Of a DNA stretch of 64,000 nt, positions 25,994-35,085 are shown piece by piece. The translations under genes were made by a program, and so were the position numbers. Source of the stretch: Heteronotia binoei (lineage: Eukaryota); assembly GCF_032191835.1 (NCBI RefSeq), contig NC_083229.1:73470001-73534000 (forward strand), given 5' to 3'. Numbering within the stretch: the first letter of the stretch is position 1; each line of letters starts with the position of its first letter. The notes under the pieces were generated by a model, which saw only the letters and a program-made list of their open reading frames with translations, was not told where the DNA came from and did no database searches.

Positions 25994-26968
25994 ATGGCGG
26001 GCAAGCGGCCTAGAGATGACGTTGATGAATTTGGCGTTTCACCAAAGAGCAAACAGTTGAAAATTAAAGACTTTTTTGGACCAAAGACAAAGCAAGCTGG
26101 GCACTCTGTGGAGTATAATATCAAGACAGCTAACCGTTTTACCCCACTTGAGGAACATTTAGACCTACCAGAGGAAGTGGAGTGTAGTTGCTCGCCTCGG
26201 CCGGTTGGGAGGGCAGCAGCTGTGGATGATTCTGGGGCGTGGCAGTTGCCCAGCAAGAATTTGACTGAGGGGGACTGTGTTGCATCAGCAGGCAGCAATC
26301 TGCTTGACCTAATTGCAAGAACTGTTGATTGCATTTTTCAAGGTATGGAGGAGATTTCGAACCAACTTAAATCTCTTACAGCAGCGATAGTAGGACTGTC
26401 CCTCTCAGAGAATAGTAATCAACATATGCCAATCAGATCATTAACTTTGAAAAATTTTAGCAGTCCACGGAGGCCTGGGCAGCTTACACCCCAGAGAGAG
26501 AAAGGTGAGAACTATCAGCAATTGATTCTCCAGCCATGTAAGATCTGCTTGATGGTATGTAAGTACAGGGGATCATATCCATACTGGGGAAATAAATTCA
26601 TGGCTAAGAGTCGGCTTAGCGAACTTTTGAGGATTAATCCAGCTACAATTGACCTTATATCAATAGAGCCGCTCAATCATCAGAGCCAAGCAAAGAAAGT
26701 TTTACTCTCTTTTTCTTCCCCTAACGTCCCCACTTTACTTCTCAGACAAAAAATGAAACTGAGCACAAAAGGGGTTTTTCCGGTACGTGTATTCCAAGAC
26801 AATGTTGTTCGGGTCCTATATCCTATGAGGCCTTGTGTCAACACTTGCTCTAATAATAGACGTGGAACGCAGAATTTTGCTACTCCCCCAAAGGCAGATC
26901 AGAGGAATCTATCCTCTGTTGGTCTACCAGCTTCTGTAAGCAAGTTGGGAGTGATTCCCATGATATGA
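25994..26968 (+). CDS. LINE ORF1a, 324 aa (basic N-terminus with PIP box, NRFxxL motif, helical segment, RRM-like region)
   Basis: Open 975-nt frame directly upstream of the EN-coding frame. It contains KRPR, QLKIKDFF and NRFTPL. The RRM-like assignment of the KICLMV...KKVLLSFSS...FPVRVF region is inference. Confidence 0.7.
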   Translation: MAGKRPRDDVDEFGVSPKSKQLKIKDFFGPKTKQAGHSVEYNIKTANRFTPLEEHLDLPEEVECSCSPRPVGRAAAVDDSGAWQLPSKNLTEGDCVASAGSNLLDLIARTVDCIFQGMEEISNQLKSLTAAIVGLSLSENSNQHMPIRSLTLKNFSSPRRPGQLTPQREKGENYQQLILQPCKICLMVCKYRGSYPYWGNKFMAKSRLSELLRINPATIDLISIEPLNHQSQAKKVLLSFSSPNVPTLLLRQKMKLSTKGVFPVRVFQDNVVRVLYPMRPCVNTCSNNRRGTQNFATPPKADQRNLSSVGLPASVSKLGVIPMI

Positions 26969-27486
26969 GGACGGAGTCCGAGGGTGTTTCTTCAGGTCAA
27001 ACTATGGAGGGCATTACTTCGCTGGCTTGTCAGATGGGAGATGGAAATGGCTGGCTAGAGAGCACTGAGGAAAAAACGCTGCTGCAAGATTTTGCATACC
27101 TGCCAGCGGGGGATCAAACAGCTATACTTTCCAGACTGGGCGGGGTTTATAAGAGATTGGAAGAAGTTTACCAAGCCCGTCTGGAGAAGGAGGCATCAGT
27201 GGACAAATCGGTAGCAAGGGTTGATAGCCTAGGGGAGTTTAACCAGGGAACTGGGGCCGCAGGAGTGAACCCCTCCTTGCCCACATACGCAGCCCAAATT
27301 TCAGGGAGGACAAATGAAGTGAGCCCCACCGCGGAAAAGGACTGCCATTATGGATTTTGCCCCCATTTGTCAGATAATCCTGAGGTCACCAAGCAAAAGG
27401 TCAAAGAAGGACTGAAGAATCAGAGCAACAATGGATGTGTATTCCAGGATGCCAATGGGGTCCTGGATGCAATAGAGACAGATTGA
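26860..27486 (+). CDS. LINE ORF1b (-1 frame relative to ORF1a; 173 aa from the ATG at 26965)
   Basis: The frame is open from 26860 (after TAG 26857-26859) to TGA 27484-27486. The ATG overlaps the ORF1a stop as ATGA at 26965-26968. Confidence 0.6.
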   Translation, partial: TWNAEFCYSPKGRSEESILCWSTSFCKQVGSDSHDMRTESEGVSSGQTMEGITSLACQMGDGNGWLESTEEKTLLQDFAYLPAGDQTAILSRLGGVYKRLEEVYQARLEKEASVDKSVARVDSLGEFNQGTGAAGVNPSLPTYAAQISGRTNEVSPTAEKDCHYGFCPHLSDNPEVTKQKVKEGLKNQSNNGCVFQDANGVLDAIETD

Positions 27487-28148
27487 CTGACCCCTAGCCA
27501 ACAGAAGGAGGGTTTGACATTCCATTCTCTCTCTGTAATATCATGGAACATCATGGGATGGGCTGCTAGATCTAGGGAACCAGATGCCAAGAACCTCTTG
27601 AAGAAATATGATGTTATACTCCTCCAGGAGACTTGGTCCTTAGAGTCTATGACTCTGGACGGATATAACATATATGAAGCCCAGGCTGAGCCGTCAGTGA
27701 GAGGTAGAGCCAAGGGAGGTTTGGGAATACTAATATCAACAGCTCTGAGAGTCCAAGTCATCCAACCACCTTTCTATACCAGAATGGCAATGGCTCTGAT
27801 CCTCAAATTTAAAAAAATTGATTGTTTGTTTTTGAATGTCTATATTCCCCCCACTAAAATCAAGGCCCACACAGAGCTTGCCTGGAGAGATTTGGAGAAT
27901 TATATGGAGGAGTTATTTAGGACACACCCGACAGCGTATGTTATAGTGGGAGGTGATTTTAATGCTAGATTGGGAAAAGATGATAAGTCTTTAAATAGGG
28001 GATACGATGTCTGTTTTCAGTTCGCCGAGTTGCCCAATTTGCCCCATGAAAGAATATCTAAAGATATGAAGTGCAATTATGCTGGTCGTCTATTAGATCG
28101 CACGGCTAGGGCCCTAGACCTAAAAATTTTAAATGGTTCCCACACTAA
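27487..28148 (+). CDS. N-terminal APE endonuclease of LINE ORF2, truncated
   Basis: Motifs SWNIMG, LLQETW, GRAKGGLGIL, LNVYIPP and GGDFNARLG. In frame with ORF1b after a single TGA. The last residues of the listed ORF (GLDKDQ*) come from the TSD and host flank. Confidence 0.92.
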
Positions 28149-28159
28149 TGATAAGGGGC

Positions 28160-28560
28160 TGGATAAGGACCAATAAACTGAAGCTCTGTCCAAACAAGAT
28201 TAATAGATGGCTTGGCTGGCCATAGAAGTAGTATTTGGTTCATTCTGGATGAGGCTGTACTCTGTTTTAAGAGCTAGATTTGTGGTTTTCTGATGCAGTT
28301 AGACCTTAATTATGGACACCCACATGCTGTCTGCCATTCAGAACACCTTTTGCCAGTGTCAGTATGCCACCTTTTTTGGGCAACCATAGTCTTGCAACAA
28401 TTATCCCCACTTTAGTAGCATCCGATCAATGCTGATTCAGAAAATCAGCCTATCATCACAGTCTATATCTTATTTCAAAGGGCTATGAAAGCACAGCCCT
28501 AATTTCTACCTGCTCACAATAGTTGGATTTGGGCTCAATGTATAGGACCTGTGACCATCA
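28160..28560 (+). mobile_element. Old L2/CR1-group RT fragment, right part of the host
   Basis: TGG ATA AGG ACC AAT AAA CTG AAG CTC TGT CCA AAC AAG reads WIRTNKLKLCPNK, resembling the squamate L2-type W.R.NKLKLNPDKTE motif. Confidence 0.7.
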
Positions 28561-28718
28561 TTTGATCATTCAAAGCAAAGTGTTATAATTCATCTTGCAC
28601 CTAAGACAAGTGAGCGTTTGTTTTGTTTTTGTTTCGTCATAGTTCTATGAGGCTTGAAATGGGTTATTTAGATGAGAGTAACATGCAAAAGTGAATAAGT
28701 TTGTTTACTGGCTAACCG

Positions 28719-28877
28719 AAGGGGTCGTTTTGTAGAAAAATAGGTGGTGGAGCTCATCCAGGGATTGTTATGCATCTGCACCTACTGTTTAGTGGGCATG
28801 GTGGGAAGGAGGAGGAGGAACACTCAGAAAGGTTCAGGAACTGTGCTCCTGTGAGCTCCTACTGAATCTGAGGCCTG
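28719..28877. mobile_element. Short hAT-type MITE
   Basis: 8-bp TSD GCTAACCG at 28711-28718 and 28878-28885. Homologous to 7111-7268. Confidence 0.8.
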
Positions 28878-30507
28878 GCTAACCGTATCAGGGTTTTCAG
28901 AATTTTAAAGTACAAATGAAATGGATTGTGATAGAGATAGAATATGGTGCACAAGGGTGTTTGAAAAAACAATTTAGTCTCTCTCATTAAGGATGATCAT
29001 GCATAAGTGACTTATGGCTTAACTTTGCTCAGTCTCTTTCTATGTGTTTAGTCGTCCTTTACTCAAATTTTAAAAATGGTTCATTCTACTCCCTCTTTGG
29101 AGGGACTGAATAGAATTAAGATTGCATATGGAGATTTTCATATATCAGTCATGAGTCTGAAGACAGAGTATGCTGACAATGATTGTGGGACTGATTTGAT
29201 CTCCATTGTTGAAGACTTCCCTCATTTTCATGAGCTTTGTTAGTGCCCGCTACCTATTCGGCGTCTAAATTATTTTTAAAGCACATAATAGCTATCATTT
29301 TACTTTTAGAGGCAGTCTTGGTATTAATGGTTTAAGGTAAATTGTCAAGGAAACCAATGCTAGGTATTCTTTCTTTCTTCATGTTCATAGGCACTTAAGT
29401 GGCAAGGACCTTCATAGTCATTGCTGTTCCTTGTTGTAAATGAAATCAGATGTTTCCCTTCTGAACTATGTTGGCCAACCCTCAGCATGTGTGCCACAAA
29501 TAGCACAGGCATCAGGGGTATGTTGTATTCCTAGATAAGAACAGGCCTGTGGGCTTCGCTGTGGCAGAGAGTCCAACTTGCACATCCCATGCTGTGATGC
29601 TTCTTGCTCTGGGCTTAATAAAATAGGAGTAAATCCATCCTAAAGCAAAGGGGAGTAAGCTGCATACATATACATTAGAGTTGCACTGTCTTGGAACTTC
29701 AGGCAACTTTTTGTAAACTTGCCAAGAAGGTTTGATCATTGCTGCTGTAGTACCTTTTGTACGTCTCTAAGGGACTCTTCCTTTTTGTTTCTTTTTGATA
29801 AAACATCCCTAATTTGTTTTAGGTATAATCCTTAATACCTTAATTGAAGGCTATACAGAAGGAATTCCACATTTACCTGAGTCTGTCATCCAGATATTCC
29901 TGCCAGATATAGTAAGCAAGCATTATTCTTTTTAAATGCAGTATGTAGACATTGGTGATAAAGCTCCCTCTGTTGGATTTTTTCTCTATCAGAAGCTTTG
30001 CCCCCATTTTTATTGTACCTAAATGACATGGTGATGATACCAATTGATTATAGGAAGGAAGCCCTGTTCTTTTCTTGCACAAATCACTGATCAACACAGA
30101 ACAGGTAACTAGAAGAACACCAAGCGGATCAGCATAAACTGAACTGACCATCATACAGTGCTGTATCATATTCAGTGTGGACAGTAACATGTGCTCATAC
30201 TTAAATTTAACATTGCAGTAACATAGTAGAATGAATTGCCTTACCATGGTTCTCTATTTAGATTTTATCACTTTCCAGGCTTTGTGTAACTGATAGATGT
30301 TCAATTATATGTGAAGTGACTATTAAGGCATCAGTACTCATCTAGGGGTCTAGGTCTCCTCTCCCTTCTTCCCTGGAAATTGTGTTAAATCCATTAATGT
30401 ACAAAGAAACGTGCATTCATCAGGTATAGTGATGGAGGCCAGGGTGCATATTACAGCTTTTACTGCATATAAGATGTTGCAGTCCTGTTCTTAAGAACTG
30501 CCAGGCA

Positions 30508-30751
30508 NNNNNNNNNNNNNNNNNNNNNNNNNNNNNNNNNNNNNNNNNNNNNNNNNNNNNNNNNNNNNNNNNNNNNNNNNNNNNNNNNNNNNNNNNNNNN
30601 NNNNNNNNNNNNNNNNNNNNNNNNNNNNNNNNNNNNNNNNNNNNNNNNNNNNNNNNNNNNNNNNNNNNNNNNNNNNNNNNNNNNNNNNNNNNNNNNNNNN
30701 NNNNNNNNNNNNNNNNNNNNNNNNNNNNNNNNNNNNNNNNNNNNNNNNNNN
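30508..30751. other. Assembly gap (244 N)
   Basis: N run. Confidence 1.
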
Positions 30752-31392
30752 GCCAGTGGTGCTCAGAGGGAGAGCAGAGAAAGGAGGGGTTGTGGAGGAG
30801 GGGGAGAAGAGAATGCAGGAGACTGGGCTAAATGAAAGAGAAAAAAAGTATTTTGTAAGTAAGTCAAGTTCAGGCTATAACTGTTAGTAAGATGCTGTTA
30901 ATTGTACAGAAGTACCAGAATTGAAGTTTCAGTGTGTGATTAAGAAGTTGGCTTACAAATTCTCAGCATAACCTTAATTTTTTCAAGGTTCTTTGGGTGT
31001 AGAATGGCCTATAATAATGATTTTGACTAATACGATTTTTGACATGCAACTTCAGTGCTTAACCTTAGAACAACTCCAGAGCATTTCATGTGTATTCAGC
31101 TGTAAAGAATGATGATTTAAAGGGATAATATAAGAAAAAGGTCGTTTTAGAATGAACCTTTAACAAATTGCATAAAGGAAACTTATTATTCCACAAGTAG
31201 AAGGCTGTGCAGCTTTTCTGATTATTTTTTCTGCTTGATTCAAAGTTGTCGAGACATGATAGGGAAAAGAAACAAAAAATGAAATAGAAAACTGCAAGCA
31301 GTGAATATTCTTGTGATGGTTATGATTTTGTTGCTGCTAAAAATACTCAGCAATAATGTGGTTATTCATCTTCTTTCTTCTTTTGGGTGAAG

Positions 31393-31514
31393 AATTCGCT
31401 CTAACAAGAAAATGCTTTTGTTGGTTGGAGGACTGCCTCCTGGACCTGACCGGCTACCCAGCAATTTGGTTCAGTATTACGATGATGAAAAGAAGACATG
31501 GAAAATACTGACAA
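31393..31514 (+). CDS. KLHL14: Internal coding exon of Kelch-like protein 14 (start of the Kelch region)
   Basis: AG at 31391-31392 and GTAAGC from 31515 flank 122 nt reading A + IRSNKKMLLLVGGLPPGPDRLPSNLVQYYDDEKKTWKILT + A. This matches the vertebrate KLHL14 sequence as I recall it. The adjacent exons were not found in the window. Confidence 0.95.
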
Positions 31515-33099
31515 GTAAGCAGTTTATTCTACGTTGAATTACCTTGATGAATTTTAAAACATGGTTAATCAAATTAGACACTTTATTGATCTGCTTCCCT
31601 GCAGAGATTTGTTTATATATTACAAGGGATTCACAACTGAAAAATGAATTGAGATTGCAGAAGATAGTAAATTTACAATGGAATAGGCCTAAATTAAAAC
31701 TGGCTTAAAATCATTTCAATAAGTTTTCAAAGCAAACTTGCAAAGTTTTCTTAAATACTCCCCTTTCCTTTATATATCCTTCCATTATGCTATTAATGCT
31801 ATGCATATTACATGCTGTGGACACAACCAAGCAGAATCAAGCATTGTTAAGCTACATTGATTTCAGTAAGAGAGCTAAACTTGTGCTTAAATCACTGCCA
31901 TCAAAACTAGGGGGGACTTAGAAACGCTCACCTTTGGTCAGAGTATGTCCAGTGAATATTTCACTTTAGTGTTCATGGAATTTGTATTCTATACCATTTT
32001 AGTTCCTTCTTTTTAGCTTTCATTTTGATGTCTACACTAATAAAGAGAGTTTCTTCTGTAGTCCCCTAGAGCTCTTGCTGACACAAGCAGGTATCAGTGA
32101 CTTAATGTCAGCTTTGTTAAAATGTGTTGGCAGGCTTTCTAGCCAGGTTTTATGCCTTCTTTCTTAAAGGGCAGCTATGTTTTACAAAAAGCATTTAGTC
32201 TGGAGATTTGAGCTTTGGAAAGTATTTTATATTGGTTACAATTTCCAATCTAACTTGGTCATGGAATCACATAATAGTTTTGTGTGTGTGTTTTCCAGTG
32301 CAGTAGGCTGTGTATGTACTGGTCCCCTTGTGGCAGACTAGCTGCATTGGTCAATAAAACTAAATTTTTAACTGTCAGAATTGCCTAAAGCAGTTCAGAT
32401 AAAATTATAAATGAGCAGTTTTGATCCATAAATCAAAGCCATAGTTTAAAAAGCTAGACAACTGCTGAAACTTGGATTTACTAACAGAAATGTTATTTCT
32501 CTGGCAGCCTGATCCAAGGGGGGCACTTTAGCTGCTATAGTGCAAAAAAAAAAAGGTCACATGTAGAAGAACTACACTGGTGTAATAGGGTAACCAGGGG
32601 AAAAGCCCACAGGAAAAAAGTTAACAGAACCCCCCCCCCCCCCCGCCAGTCATAAATGATCACAGGAAAAAAGCCCAAACGTAAAAATGCCCACATGGAA
32701 GAATGCCCACACAGAAAAAAGACCATACGGAAAAAGCCCACAGAGAAAAAAGCGCACATGGAAAGAAGCCCACATGGGAAAATATCATGTAAAGCTCCAT
32801 AGATAATTTATAATTATGGATAACCATTCACCTCCATTTATGAGAATGAACAGGTATATTTTATGTTATTTTAGAATTAAAATCTGTCATATTCACATGC
32901 AACAATTTGTGCTGTGATTTTATCAAGTGATTTTATCAAGCTATGTTATTAGAATATTTGATGGACTGCAGAAGGACCTGGCTTGCCACAAACTAACACT
33001 GGCTAATGCACAGGCAGTTTGCTGAGAGGTGAAAAAGAGGAAATATGAAGCACTACATGACATGGTTGCCACTTCTGTGCAGCAATTTGAACATGGTCA

Positions 33100-33825
33100 G
33101 CTTGTGGGAGTAGGCAGCTGCCTGGGGTGCCACCTCACCTATGGGGTGCCGCTGGGTACCCCCTCCCCCACCCTGCCGCTCTTGGCTTCCTAAGTTACAG
33201 TCTCGGGAAGCTAAGAGCGGTGGGACGGTGCATCAGCGTGGACTCTCCTCTAAACCTGGCTTCCATTGCAAAGGAAGCCGGGCTTGTAGGAGAACAGCCC
33301 CTGCCCAGCTGCTCTCATTCTGAAGGTGAGAGCCGCTGGATGGGGCGCATTCTTTTATAAGCTCAGCTTCCCTGGCAAGGAAAGCCAGGCTTGGAGGACA
33401 ACGCCTGCACAGTGCGCTTTTGGAGGCACTCCTGAGAAGGACAGTCTTGAAGTGCCTCCAAAAGCACACTTCGCAGGTGTGGCTCGCCTGCAGCCCCACT
33501 CTCAGCCTTCTTGGGCAGACCAAAAAAGGCTAAGAGTGGGGGCTGCAGGCAAGCCATGCCTGTGCAGTGCACTCTTGGAGGCGCTCTGAGACAGCTCTAA
33601 GAAGGGCAGACTTGGAGTGCCTCCAAGAGCACAGGCACAGCTTGCCAGTGAGCTGTGCCTCTAAGAGTGCACTGTGCAGGCATGGCATGGCCGGAGACTG
33701 GCCTGCCCTCCCCTGATGCACAGCCACACCTGTGCTCCCCATGGGTGCGGCAGCAGGGCAGGAGTGGGTGGGCGGCGTGGGGTAGTTGCTGGCCTGGGGT
33801 GACCGAGGCCCTAACACTGGACCTG
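33100..33825. repeat. GC-rich element made of serial hairpins, nested in the long-TIR element
   Basis: Inverted arms at 33176-33190/33206-33220, 33411-33430/33451-33470 and 33481-33509/33526-33555, plus others. Confidence 0.7.
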
Positions 33826-34099
33826 AATATGAGCAGGTAGAAGATAAACTTAATTCGTTAAGGAGCCTGACTAATTTGCGATGAAGAATTATATCTGAAT
33901 TGTTGTTATTGTCATTGTTGTTCTTAAATAATTGTAACTGAGAAAGAAATGCCCTCTCTTTGGCCTAGGCTTATACAATAGAGTGATTAACAGACATTCT
34001 CGCATTTTTACATATTACTGTTTTATTGCTTTTTCATACTCATGCTATCCAGATCAAAGGTTTGCTCAGTTTGTTAATTTTGCTATTCTGTCATTGGAT

Positions 34100-34270
34100 C
34101 TTAATTTTTTTACCATTTTGCATTCTAAACCACTGCCTACCAGCTATATGTAGCTCTGCTCATTGTACCTGATTCCTCGTCTGATGAAGTGTGCTTGGAG
34201 CACGCGAAAGCTTACATTCCAAATAAAACATTGTTGGTCTTAAAGATGCACTTGACTCCTACTTTGTTCT
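34100..34270 (+). mobile_element. Penelope-like element terminal (pLTR) fragment with hammerhead-like motif
   Basis: CTGATGA-A-GTGTGC-TTGGA-GCACGC-GAAA-GCTT at 34181-34213, followed by AATAAAACATTGTTGGTCTTAAAG, as in amniote PLE ends as I recall them. Confidence 0.7.
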
Positions 34271-34927
34271 GTAGCTTTTACTATTAGGGCTGGTAGTCTT
34301 TTATAGTAGTCATTAGGTGTAGCATGATGTATTTGTTAAAATACAAGTAAAGGAAAATTGAGCTAGGAAATCAACTTATTTTAATGTTATCTTATGGTTT
34401 TGTTATCTTATTGTATTAATTTTAGTAACAAAATAAGTAAATAATATTATTTGAAAAATTTTAAGCCATATGGTTGATCAAAAGCTGTGAATACTAGACA
34501 GTACTTTAGAAATTACTTCATACCAACATCAAAAAGGTTGACAAATTGTAAATTAATAAAGTATTAATATAAAGTATTTTAAAATATTTTGATATAGAGT
34601 TTAATTTTGGTTATTGTTTTTCCTTCTTAATAAAGTTCATTGATAATAAAATGGTCACTTTTATTTCCTGTGTTTTCCGTTCTAAACCTTTACTCTCAAG
34701 AGCATTAAAGCCTTCTTCATACAGGTCATTTCTGTATAGTAATGAGTTAATATACTAATAGCATAGCAAAATTATTTAATTATACTTGATAAAATCACAA
34801 CACAAATTGTTGCGTGTGAATATGACATACTTTAATCCTAAAATAACAAAATATAGGTAATACTTGTTCATTCTCATAAATGGAGATGAATAGTTATCCA
34901 CAATTATAAATATCTATGATTCTTTAA

Positions 34928-35085
34928 AAGCCAGTTTGGTGTAGTGGTTAAGTGCGTGGACTCTTATCTGAGAGAATCGGATTTTATTCCCCATTCCTCC
35001 ACTTGCAGCTGCTGGAATGACCTTGGGTCAGCCATAGCTCTCGCAGAGTTGTCCCTAAAAGGGCAGCTTCTGTGAGAGCTCTCTC
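34928..35085 (+). mobile_element. 3'-truncated Squam3-type SINE inside the right arm of the long-TIR element
   Basis: Same head as 43888. It is absent from the matching left arm. Confidence 0.8.

Larger units (their letters stand above)
25613..28148 (+). mobile_element. 3'-truncated APE-type non-LTR retrotransposon (RTE-X/L2-group-like), inserted into an older L2-type element
   Basis: The 11-bp direct repeat TGATAAGGGGC at 25602-25612 and 28149-28159 flanks a 5'UTR, ORF1a, ORF1b and an APE domain. There is no RT and no tail. The clade call is from recollection of EN motifs (DFNARLG..R.SKD....GR.L....LNG). Confidence 0.8.

Noticed and set aside
28160-28560. Possible ORF2 C-terminus of the RTE-X-like element, implying an internal deletion
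   Set aside because: The sequence continues the older L2-type element on the left flank across the 11-bp TSD, so it is host DNA.
32620-32790. Short regularly spaced repeats resembling a CRISPR array
   Set aside because: These are degenerate subrepeats of a TIR with no unique spacers, in vertebrate DNA with no cas genes.
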